From an uncultured bacterium (lineage in GTDB: Bacteria; Patescibacteriota; Minisyncoccia; Phycocordibacterales; Phycocordibacteraceae), in NCBI GenBank assembly GCA_963759775.1, contig CAVXAH010000001.1, positions 336,682-400,681 of the forward strand: DNA of 64,000 nucleotides. Direction: 5' to 3'. Shown piece after piece: positions 54,155 through 62,288 of this stretch (within the stretch, counting starts at the first letter, position 1; each line of letters begins with the position of its first letter). The notes under the pieces are model-generated. The model searched no databases and was not told the origin of the DNA. It was given only the letters and a program-made list of their open reading frames with translations. A program made the translations under genes and the position numbers.

Positions 54155-54701
54155 GATTCGCAAAAAAGGCTTCAATATAATTTTTCTTGTCGGCAGGCAC
54201 ATAGTCAACCATGTACGCGTGTTCCCAGAGATCAAGTGCAAGAATGATGGGGAGCCCTGCGAGTTGTCCGAGCTCATGATCTGCCACAAAGGTTGTGTGG
54301 AGCGTTCCTTCCATTCCGTCAAAATACACGACGACCCATCCGATGCCGCGCGTTCCCGCAACTTCCTGCGCGTGCGCGGCAAGCCCCTTTGATCCATATT
54401 TCTCTTCGGCCATTTTCGCGAGAGCTCCCTTTGTGCTCAAAGCTGTTGGTCCACCCTCAAGTTGGGAGAAGTAATACTCATGCATACGCATGCCATCAAA
54501 CTCAAAAGCAAATCGGCGCCGAAGTTCTGCAGCAATATAAGGGTCAAGCTCAATTTTTCCTTCACGCGCCGCTGCGAGTTTCTCGGCGATAAGGTTCACG
54601 TGTTTTACGTATCCTTCGTAGAGGCCAAGGTGTACTTTGACTTGTTTTTCCGAAAGTCCCTTCAGGTCAGGAAGAATAAATGTTTTTGCGGTGTATGCCA
54701 T
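54108..54701 (-). CDS. Fe/Mn superoxide dismutase family protein (divergent N-domain)
   Basis: C-terminal DLWEHAYMVDY and NLNW motifs; N-domain has VHLGLYEGYV instead of the usual HHxKHH; ATG 54701. Confidence 0.6.
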   Translation of the reverse strand: MAYTAKTFILPDLKGLSEKQVKVHLGLYEGYVKHVNLIAEKLAAAREGKIELDPYIAAELRRRFAFEFDGMRMHEYYFSQLEGGPTALSTKGALAKMAEEKYGSKGLAAHAQEVAGTRGIGWVVVYFDGMEGTLHTTFVADHELGQLAGLPIILALDLWEHAYMVDYVPADKKNYIEAFFANLNWRVVEGRLAGAMS

Positions 54702-54741
54702 GGCGCTTACTCTAACATCCCTCAATGAGGTTTTTCGGAAG

Positions 54742-54785
54742 CCTGCCCCGTAGCCAACCGCGTCCGCGCGGTTGTGGTATCGGGG
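54742..54785 (+). repeat. Conserved imperfect hairpin motif, copy 1
   Basis: CCTGCCCCGTAGCCAACCGCG-TCCG-CGCGGTTGTGGTATCGGGG; second copy at 56290-56334. Confidence 0.4.
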
Positions 54786-54891
54786 TGGATAAGTGCTTGC
54801 ACAGTGGGATGGCCAGGAGTATGGTTTCTTGCGGAGTGTGGCTGGTCTTCGCGTGGGGTGAGGATCCCATCTCCGTGCATATGGGGGATTC

Positions 54892-55092
54892 ATGAAACAA
54901 CAAGGTAGTAAAAATCAGCAGCAACAGCAGCAGCAACAGCAGCAATCGGAGAGTGTCGGGTCGCGCTTGCACATGACGATCGGGCGGGACGGCAATCGCT
55001 ACTATGGGCTGACTGCCCTCGATTCGTTCGAGGCATCCCAGAAAGGCTGTAAACGCTCGCGAGTATCTGTTGCACCTTCACTTCGCGACTAG
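54892..55092 (+). CDS. Small protein with 10-residue poly-Gln tract (66 aa)
   Basis: GGGGGA 4 nt upstream of ATG, (CAG/CAA)x10 at 54916-54945, own terminator at 55108-55136. Confidence 0.45.
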   Translation: MKQQGSKNQQQQQQQQQQSESVGSRLHMTIGRDGNRYYGLTALDSFEASQKGCKRSRVSVAPSLRD

Positions 55093-55107
55093 GAAATCGC
55101 GAAAACT

Positions 55108-55136
55108 AAAAGCGGACGCATGCGTCCGCTTTTTTA
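55108..55136 (+). terminator. Intrinsic terminator after the poly-Gln ORF
   Basis: AAAAGCGGACGCA/TGCGTCCGCTTTT palindrome followed by T-run. Confidence 0.7.
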
Positions 55137-55161
55137 ATTTCCATTTATACTTGCCATACGT

Positions 55162-56022
55162 ATGCAGAGTTATTTGTTTGCTGGGTCGAGAAGGTCGCAT
55201 CTCGTTGTCTTTCTCGGAGTGCTTACCGCGCTGAATATTTTTATATTTCATACACTTCAAAAGCCGGCAGAGCTCACCGTTTCATTTTTAAACGTCGGGG
55301 ATGGAGAAGCGGTGCTTGTGCAAACCCCCTCCGGTGGAATCGTACTTATTGGTGGGGGACCGGACGCTGGCATTCTTCGGGAACTGGGAACCACACTCCC
55401 TTTTTGGGAGCGCCGTATTGACGCGGTGATTCAAACAGACTCGGCGAGAAGCGCGATTGGAGGACTTGCGCACGTTTTGGAGCGCTATCAGATTTCAAGT
55501 TTTGTGAAGCCGGGCGAAGAAGGAGATACGGCGACCGCTGCGGCGCTTACTGCAGCTGTTTCTGCTCGTCCGGACACGAAAATAGTCGTCGCGCATCAAG
55601 GTACGCGCCTTCACTTTGGCGGCGGGGTGTATATAGAGGTGTTGTACCAAGATCCTCAAAGCGTAGAAGGAGATTCACTCGTGCTCAAACTCGTGTATGG
55701 AGCGACCTCGTTTCTTATTTCTGGAGATATTTTATCCTCCGCTCGCGCACGGCTTACCGCGCACTACGAGAAAAGCGGCTATTTGAAATCAGATGTGCTT
55801 TTCGTTCCACACCAAGGCAAAAAGGGGTCAATTGATGAAAAGTGGCTCCACATAGTCAAGCCAAACGTAGCGGTGATGTCGGTCGGTGAGGACAATCGTT
55901 ATGACTATCCGGAACAAGAGACAATTTCTCTATTAGAAAATGAAGGAGTGGAAGTATTTCGTACCGACAGAGACGGACGAGTCACCCTCGTCTCGGACGG
56001 GGCATCCGTGCGGCTTAAATGA
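55162..56022 (+). CDS. Membrane-anchored metallo-beta-lactamase domain protein (ComEC C-terminal domain as a separate gene)
   Basis: N-terminal TM, LNVGDGEAVLVQTPSGG..., PHQGKKGS patterns as in the ComEC MBL domain. Confidence 0.7.
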   Translation: MQSYLFAGSRRSHLVVFLGVLTALNIFIFHTLQKPAELTVSFLNVGDGEAVLVQTPSGGIVLIGGGPDAGILRELGTTLPFWERRIDAVIQTDSARSAIGGLAHVLERYQISSFVKPGEEGDTATAAALTAAVSARPDTKIVVAHQGTRLHFGGGVYIEVLYQDPQSVEGDSLVLKLVYGATSFLISGDILSSARARLTAHYEKSGYLKSDVLFVPHQGKKGSIDEKWLHIVKPNVAVMSVGEDNRYDYPEQETISLLENEGVEVFRTDRDGRVTLVSDGASVRLK

Positions 56023-56257
56023 TTTTTGCTTTCTTGAAAGCGGCGTAGGCACCAAGCTTCTTAATGTGGCGGAGTCCTTTCACCGAGACGTCAACGATGA
56101 CGGTTTTGTTGAGTTCCGGAACGAAAATGCGGCGGCGTTGGAGGTTTGCCTTGCGGCGTACCTTCCCAGTTGGGTTGAACTGAGTAGCACGGGTACGGTT
56201 TGAGTACCGCCCGCCAATTTGCGTGCTTTTACCCGTAATTTCACATTGTCTTGCCAT
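56015..56257 (-). CDS. rpmB: Ribosomal protein L28
   Basis: MARQCEITGKSTQIGG... basic 80-aa protein. Confidence 0.85.
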   Translation of the reverse strand: MARQCEITGKSTQIGGRYSNRTRATQFNPTGKVRRKANLQRRRIFVPELNKTVIVDVSVKGLRHIKKLGAYAAFKKAKII

Positions 56258-56289
56258 AAAATTAAATATAGATACCTCGCATTAGGAGA

Positions 56290-56334
56290 CCTGCCCCGTA
56301 GCCAGCCGAACGAAGTGAGGCTGTGGTACTGGGG
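56290..56334 (+). repeat. Conserved imperfect hairpin motif, copy 2
   Basis: CCTGCCCCGTAGCCAGCC-GAACGAAGTGA-GGCTGTGGTACTGGGG; shares 18 of the first 19 nt with copy 1. Confidence 0.4.
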
Positions 56335-56337
56335 CGC

Positions 56338-56992
56338 ATGGTAGCATGGGATTTACGTAACGCAAACATGGGTCTCGCTCTCACTCTTATCGTTCTTCTC
56401 GGTTATTGCCCACGAAGTAGCTCACGGCTATGCGGCAAACGCGCTTGGCGACCCCACTGCGAAACTCGCGGGACGTCTCACCATAAACCCGCTCCCTCAC
56501 ATTGACCCCGTCGGCTCCGTCCTGATCCCCCTTCTTCTTGTTACGACGGGCTCCGGCATTTTGTTTGGCTGGGCAAAGCCCGTTCCGTACAACCCGTACA
56601 ACCTGAAGAATCAGCGGTGGGGTGAGGCTATCGTTGCGGTCGCGGGCTCCGCGACGAACATACTTCTCGCACTCATCTTTGCCGTTTTCGTGCACCTCTC
56701 TGCCGCGGGCATACTGCCTGTCTCTGCAGGCACGTTCGCAGGTTCGGTCGTATTTGTAAACTTGTTCCTTGGCATCTTCAATCTCCTCCCCATTCCTCCC
56801 ATGGACGGTTACACCGTGCTTCGCGGGCTTCTCCCGTATCGCCTTTCATACGGCCTTCACGCATTTGAGAATCGTATGCGGGGAATGGGTGCTGCGGGCA
56901 TCATTATCGTCCTTCTTGCATTCACTTTTGTCTTTTCGGCACCCTTTTTCTACTTTGTTTCGTGGATATTCAAATTCTTAGTAGGAGGCTAA
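56338..56992 (+). CDS. M50 (site-2 protease) family metallopeptidase, 5' end frameshifted or non-canonically initiated
   Basis: HEVAHGY zinc motif at 56411-56431 lies in a frame open from 56345 that has no ATG/GTG/TTG before 56561; the ATGs at 56338 and 56368 are in another frame. Confidence 0.65.
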
Positions 56993-57052
56993 CACTTCAT
57001 TTCGCCCGCCAGAGTATTGGGTTTTATACGCCAAAACACTTGCCCCGGCAGA

Positions 57053-57166
57053 CACTTTGGCATCGTGCCACGTCGTGCATCGAGAATGTTTCAAATCAAA
57101 ATTAATCTGTGTAATTTTATTTTCTTCGTGAACGTGCGGTGGCACGAGCACGACAATGCCAAAGTG
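57053..57166 (+). promoter_or_regulatory. Structured leader upstream of rpsO
   Basis: CACTTTGGCAT (57053-57063) pairs with ATGCCAAAGTG (57156-57166); CGTGCCAC (57064-57071) pairs with GTGGCACG (57139-57146); alternative pairing GTCGTGC/GCACGAC. Confidence 0.35.
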
Positions 57167-57215
57167 TTCGACAGGGCTTGCGTTCAATGTCAAGGTATGG
57201 TACAGTAGCTAGGTA

Positions 57216-57482
57216 ATGCTTACCGCTAGGAAAAAGACGGCCGTGGTCAAGGAAATTGGCCGAAACGAGTCTGACACCGGATCGCCTGAAGTACAGGTGG
57301 CTCTTTTGACTTCGCGTATTGAGGAACTCACTAAACACCTCAAGAAAAATGCGAAGGATTTTCACTCGCGCCGAGGCCTCCTCCAGATGGTTGCGAACCG
57401 TCGCTCGCATCTTCGCTATCTTGAAACCAACGACAAGCGCCGTTACTCGGCACTTATCAAAAAGCTTGGTTTGAAGAAGTAA
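57216..57482 (+). CDS. rpsO: Ribosomal protein S15
   Basis: [35 protein letters not shown] pattern. Confidence 0.9.
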   Translation: MLTARKKTAVVKEIGRNESDTGSPEVQVALLTSRIEELTKHLKKNAKDFHSRRGLLQMVANRRSHLRYLETNDKRRYSALIKKLGLKK

Positions 57483-57597
57483 GCCACTTTCTCAGGGTGG
57501 TAGTATTACTAAGCGGTCTCAACCGCAGATTTTAATAGGTTTATCTTTTGTTTGTACTTTCTATAAACTAGAAACTGCAAACTTCTAATTATTTTTT

Positions 57598-58113
57598 ATG
57601 GCAGTTATTAAACATTCAGCTCAGCGTGTGGGCGTATTCATTGACACGCAAAATCTCTATCACAGTGCGAAACATCTCTACAAGGCGCGCGTGAACTTCG
57701 CGAAAGTTCTTGAAGAAGCAGTAGGCGGTCGCGTGCTTGTGCGCGCCATCGCGTACGTCATCAAAACAGATAGCGGTGAAGAATCCGCCTTTTTTGATGC
57801 GCTTACTAAGATCGGCATTGAAACCAAAGTCAAAGACTTGCAGGTGTTTGCCGATGGAGCAAAAAAGGCCGACTGGGACGTAGGTCTTGCAATTGATGCG
57901 GTGAAACTTTCACCAAAACTGGACACCGTTATTCTCGCTACGGGCGACGGCGACTACGTACCGCTTATTGAATATCTTGATATGCACACGGGATGTCAGG
58001 TGGAAGTCATTTCCTTTGGAAGGTCTTCTTCGGCAAAATTAAAAGAGGCCGCGCACGCCTTTACCGACATGGGTGAGGACCCTAAAAAGTTCACTATCGG
58101 ACCAAGAGGGTAA
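57598..58113 (+). CDS. NYN/LabA-like domain protein
   Basis: RVGVFIDTQNLYHS...ATGDGDYVPLI pattern of LabA/NYN nucleases. Confidence 0.7.
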   Translation: MAVIKHSAQRVGVFIDTQNLYHSAKHLYKARVNFAKVLEEAVGGRVLVRAIAYVIKTDSGEESAFFDALTKIGIETKVKDLQVFADGAKKADWDVGLAIDAVKLSPKLDTVILATGDGDYVPLIEYLDMHTGCQVEVISFGRSSSAKLKEAAHAFTDMGEDPKKFTIGPRG

Positions 58114-58222
58114 CCCCTTACCACTTTGAGAGTTTGGCCACACCATCTCTCGTATGAACCGCGAGGTTACCTCGCGGTTCATGTTTGTACACCCTTGGGT
58201 ATCTCTCAAAGTGGTAAGGGGT
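58113..58222. repeat. Nested perfect inverted repeats (20-bp outer, 14-bp inner)
   Basis: ACCCCTTACCACTTTGAGAG 58113-58132 / CTCTCAAAGTGGTAAGGGGT 58203-58222; inner palindrome ATGAACCGCGAGGT-T-ACCTCGCGGTTCAT 58154-58182. Confidence 0.85.
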
Positions 58223-58249
58223 GCGCTACTATTGTAAGTACGTCATGAG

Positions 58250-58360
58250 CCCCGTTAGAAATTCAGCGAGCCTCCGTACTTTTCTCACGCTAATGCGCGA
58301 ACTCGCCTCACGGCTCCCTCATACTACCTATATACGTTATGGATAAAATTTCTAACGGGG
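58250..58360. mobile_element. MITE-like 111-bp TIR element in a start codon (copy B)
   Basis: TIRs CCCCGTTAGAAATT 58250-58263 / AATTTCTAACGGGG 58347-58360; direct TGAG at 58246-58249 and 58361-58364. Confidence 0.6.
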
Positions 58361-60039
58361 TGAGCGACCAAAACCAGAGCGAGCCGAACATTGATTCAGG
58401 TGAAATAAAAAAATACATCCGCACGTTTCAAAGCGATGCGGCGGCTCTTCAAAGTGGGACTCATCCGGACCTTGCTCCGCTTGCGCCTTCTCCTGTCACA
58501 CCAGCTCCGCAAACCCCGCCTCCCGCGCGCCCTACTCCAAGATCGCTACCACCAATTCCATATCCGAAGCCATATGATGCTCCTCCATCACCACCACCCC
58601 CGAAAGCTGAACCAAGGAAAATAGCTGAAGTGAGGAGGGTAGTGGACCCCGCCGCCTCTGCAATTGCAGAGATTGAGGCATATGAGAGAGATCTTGAGGC
58701 AGCAGAAAGAGTCGCCCCGCCCCCACCTCATCCAAAAATTTCTGTACCACCTCTCTCGAGAGCATCTCTAGGGGATTCGCGCGAAGTGATTCTTGCGAGA
58801 CTCCGCGCACGAGCAGGCGGAGCGGTCGTACCAGCTGCACCAATCGTAAAATCACCACCTTCGTCTATACCGCCACAACCAAAAGTCATTTCGCCACCCC
58901 CACAAACACTACGTGTAGATAATTCTGAAGAAGCGAAGGCTCTTGCCGAACTTAAGGAACGTCGAGAACATGCTCGCCACCTTGTTGAAGCGCGTCTCAC
59001 TGCCGCAGGGGAAGCTTCGCCACAAATGCCCGGAGCTATCCCTTCCTCACCGAGCCTCCAAAGCCCAAGCGAGCGTCTTATCGGAGGATCTCCTTTTATA
59101 GGAGCACCAGAAACGTCCGCTCCACCTCCACCGTTTATGTTTAAACCACCAGCATCTCCATCGTTGGATACTGCCGCGCCGCTCCATACCTATGAAAGTG
59201 ATTTTTCTGTACGTGTTCAGGAAACGAAAGCTTCAAAAGCAACCATTCTCGCCGCCGAAGGGGACCATGGAGTATCACAGCCGCAAGAAAAAAGTGAAGA
59301 CCCCCGCACACGTCTCCGAAATAGAATCTATATAGCCCTCGGCGCAGTTTTTCTTTTTGGAACCATAGGAAGTGCGTACCTCGTTACTACGTATTATAGA
59401 AATAATCCCGAGACCGTAGCGCCAGCGAAAGTAGTACAAACGCCAATTTTTGTTGACGACCGCGTGCAAGTGAGCGGCACAGGTCGAGAGCTCGCCGCCG
59501 CCCTGTGGCAGGCGGTTACTGCACCTTTGCCGGAAAGTAATGTACGTCTTCTGTACACCGGAAGTGGCACCACTACCAAAACCAACCTCCTGGGGGACTT
59601 AGGTCTTCCGGTGCCTGATGTGGTGCTCCGCAATATATATGCCGAGGGCAGTATGGTAGGAGCGATACATGCAGGTGACGAACAAAGTCCGTTCTTCATT
59701 CTCGCAGTCGCCTCCTATCGCGACACCTTTGCGGGAATGTTTTCTTGGGAGTCGCGCATAACACAAGATCTCGCAGAACTTTTCCCTACATACGAAACGT
59801 CAACCGCTCCGCCGTCCACTAGTGGGACAACGACGCCGGGAGCTCAGCCCACTTTTTTACTCCTTGGTTTTCATGATGAGGTCATTGCAAATCACGACAC
59901 GCGCGTGTACCGCGATGGGAGCGGGCGAAGCATTCTCTTGTATGGATATTGGAATCCGCAAACGCTCATTATTGCTCGAAATGAAGCAGCATTTGCTGAA
60001 ATTATTTCCCGATTCGGCACCTCTCGCACGGCGCAATAA
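58339..60039 (+). CDS. Proline-rich single-pass membrane protein, hypothetical
   Basis: Pro-rich N-half, TM IYIALGAVFLFGTIGSAYLV, globular C-half; start is in-element ATG 58339 or junction GTG 58360. Confidence 0.6.
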   Translation: MDKISNGVSDQNQSEPNIDSGEIKKYIRTFQSDAAALQSGTHPDLAPLAPSPVTPAPQTPPPARPTPRSLPPIPYPKPYDAPPSPPPPKAEPRKIAEVRRVVDPAASAIAEIEAYERDLEAAERVAPPPPHPKISVPPLSRASLGDSREVILARLRARAGGAVVPAAPIVKSPPSSIPPQPKVISPPPQTLRVDNSEEAKALAELKERREHARHLVEARLTAAGEASPQMPGAIPSSPSLQSPSERLIGGSPFIGAPETSAPPPPFMFKPPASPSLDTAAPLHTYESDFSVRVQETKASKATILAAEGDHGVSQPQEKSEDPRTRLRNRIYIALGAVFLFGTIGSAYLVTTYYRNNPETVAPAKVVQTPIFVDDRVQVSGTGRELAAALWQAVTAPLPESNVRLLYTGSGTTTKTNLLGDLGLPVPDVVLRNIYAEGSMVGAIHAGDEQSPFFILAVASYRDTFAGMFSWESRITQDLAELFPTYETSTAPPSTSGTTTPGAQPTFLLLGFHDEVIANHDTRVYRDGSGRSILLYGYWNPQTLIIARNEAAFAEIISRFGTSRTAQ

Positions 60040-60175
60040 AAAACTTATTTCAAAAGTAAAACGAACGAGGTATTTGTAAAAAACGGGCTCGCACAGGGAG
60101 CGTTTTGGTTGCCTCAACCAAAACGTGTCGCGCTCTGGCGACACGCAAGCACTGGTCCGACGAGTCTTCGAGTCG

Positions 60176-60235
60176 GTTGCGCGTACGAGCGTGAGCGCGC
60201 CGCCCGGCTGGGGCGGCGACGCGTACCGTTTTTTT
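60176..60235 (+). terminator. Composite GC-rich hairpin plus T7 run
   Basis: GCCGCCC-GGCTG-GGGCGGC inner stem inside CGGT..CGCGT/ACGCG..ACCG outer stem, then TTTTTTT (60229-60235). Confidence 0.5.
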
Positions 60236-60281
60236 GCAAATGCGGAGTGAGTTTCTACACCTTGTGGTATCATTTACTCCA

Positions 60282-60638
60282 ATGAATACAGAGGCATTTG
60301 CAAAGCGTCTGACCGAGGAAAAAGCTCGCCTTGAGAAAGAGCTTGCCGGCATTGGACGTAGAAACCCATCAAATCCTTCGGATTGGGAACCCATTCCTCC
60401 TGCCGAAACTACTACTGAAGCGGACCCTATAGATGCCGCTGACTACTCCACAAGTTTCGATACAAACGCATCTATCGTTGCAGACCTTGAGGCACGTTAC
60501 AACGATGTGCTCGCCGCGCTCGCGCGCATTCTCGACGGTTCTTACGGTACGTGTACCGTTTCTGGTGAAAAGATTGAGAAGGCGCGGCTTGAAGCAGACC
60601 CCGCCGCACACACGTGCACGAAGCATTTGAACGGGTAA
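60282..60638 (+). CDS. DksA/TraR family C4 zinc-finger protein
   Basis: C-terminal GTCTVSGEKIEKARLEADPAAHTC pattern; TGgTATCAT box 8 nt upstream of ATG 60282. Confidence 0.7.
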   Translation: MNTEAFAKRLTEEKARLEKELAGIGRRNPSNPSDWEPIPPAETTTEADPIDAADYSTSFDTNASIVADLEARYNDVLAALARILDGSYGTCTVSGEKIEKARLEADPAAHTCTKHLNG

Positions 60639-60696
60639 TATCCCCGCGACGCAAAATTGCAAAGAGCATTTGATTTTGGTGTCGTACAATGCGTGA

Positions 60697-62259
60697 GTGA
60701 CTGTGGTTGAACCGAAAACAAAACCGAAATCTTCTGACACTGAAAAGCGCGGCTACGCGAAGACGCTCGCCGCGCAACCAATCGGTGCCACCGCGAAGCT
60801 CGTTGCGGTTGAAGCCGATCTCACGCGCGGACTTCACGCATTTGCGGTCGTTGGCCTCGCTGACAAAGCGGTTGAGGAAGCGCGCGACCGTATTTCCGCA
60901 GCGATACGCCACTCTGGTTTTAAGTCGCCAAAAAAACAAAACAAACGCATTGTCCTTGCACTTTCTCCCGCCGACCTTAAGAAAGAGGGGTCGCACTTTG
61001 ATGTGCCACTCGCGCTTGCGTATCTCGTCGCCGCAGGTGAGCTTCCGGCACCTACCGAGCGCATCTTGTTTGCCGGGGAACTTGCTCTTGATGGAACCAT
61101 ACGAAGTGTGCGCGGCGTTTTGCCGCAAGTACTCGCCGCACTTCACGAGGGAATTACCACGGTATTTGTTCCACCGGGGAATGCGCGTGAAGCTCTTCTT
61201 GCAAAAAAGATGACGGTGTATGCGCCCTCAACACTTGCTGAAGTCGTCGCACACTTGAAAGGTGAGAAGCGTCTGCCAAAACTCGTGAGGGAGCGTGCAA
61301 TTCCAGATGCGCAACCCTCCGTAGATTTGCGCGACATCAAAGGACAAGAAAGCGCGAAGCGAGCCCTTGAAATCGCTGCTGCGGGGAGACACAACATTGT
61401 TTTTTATGGACCGCCCGGAACGGGGAAGACCATGCTCGCAAGAGCGCTTCCGGGAATTTTGCCGCCACTCACTGATGACGACATGCTTGAAGTGACCGCC
61501 ATTCACTCAACGGCAGGACTTCTTGAGGGTGGTGAGGCGGTTCGGTGGCCGCCCTTCCGCGCACCACACCACAGCATTTCTCATGTTGCCGTTGTGGGCG
61601 GAGGAGCATTTCCCAAAGCAGGCGAAGTTACGCTCGCGCATAAAGGAGTTCTCTTTCTTGATGAGCTTCCTGAGTTTGAGTCCCGTGCGCTTGAAGCTCT
61701 TCGCCAACCTCTTGAGGACCGTATCGTCACCGTCTCGCGTGCAAAAGCGACCGTCACTTTTCCTGCCGACTGCATGATTGTTGCGGCGATGAACCCGGCA
61801 GATACCTTAAGTGCGGATGCGTATGTTGCGGTGCGTGCGGCCTTGAAACAATCGCGAAAGATTTCTCGCCCAATTGTGGATCGTCTTGATCTGTGGATTC
61901 CCGTGCCTTTGATACCGCACGAAACCCTTTCAAAGCTTGCGGCGGGAGAGTCTTCCGAGATTGTGCGTGTGCGCGTAGAAAATGCCCGCCGAAAAGCATT
62001 CGCGCGAAGCAAGAAACCAAACATGGTAAATGCGCACCTTTCTTCTCGCGACCTGGATGAAAAAAGCGGTATCACCGAGGAAGCAAAACAGGCACTCACC
62101 ACTGCGGCGTCCCGCCTAGAGTTATCGCCGAGGGCGTATCACCGCACCATGCGCGTCGCGCGCACTATTGCCGACCTCGCAGGAAGCGACAAGGTTCTTC
62201 CTCCGCATATGCACGAAGCACTTCAGTATCGTCCAAAGGGATTGCTTGGGTTTGAATAG
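60697..62259 (+). CDS. comM: YifB/ComM family Mg-chelatase-like AAA+ ATPase
   Basis: N-terminal Lon-like domain ([22 protein letters not shown]), Walker [22 protein letters not shown]. Confidence 0.85.
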   Translation: MTVVEPKTKPKSSDTEKRGYAKTLAAQPIGATAKLVAVEADLTRGLHAFAVVGLADKAVEEARDRISAAIRHSGFKSPKKQNKRIVLALSPADLKKEGSHFDVPLALAYLVAAGELPAPTERILFAGELALDGTIRSVRGVLPQVLAALHEGITTVFVPPGNAREALLAKKMTVYAPSTLAEVVAHLKGEKRLPKLVRERAIPDAQPSVDLRDIKGQESAKRALEIAAAGRHNIVFYGPPGTGKTMLARALPGILPPLTDDDMLEVTAIHSTAGLLEGGEAVRWPPFRAPHHSISHVAVVGGGAFPKAGEVTLAHKGVLFLDELPEFESRALEALRQPLEDRIVTVSRAKATVTFPADCMIVAAMNPADTLSADAYVAVRAALKQSRKISRPIVDRLDLWIPVPLIPHETLSKLAAGESSEIVRVRVENARRKAFARSKKPNMVNAHLSSRDLDEKSGITEEAKQALTTAASRLELSPRAYHRTMRVARTIADLAGSDKVLPPHMHEALQYRPKGLLGFE

Positions 62260-62288
62260 AGGCTCGCTCGCTAAACACGCTACGGGCT

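Noticed and set aside
58113-58222. Classifying the nested 20-bp inverted repeat as another MITE.
   Set aside because: No flanking direct repeats and no second copy are seen in the window. It is reported only as a repeat of unknown function.
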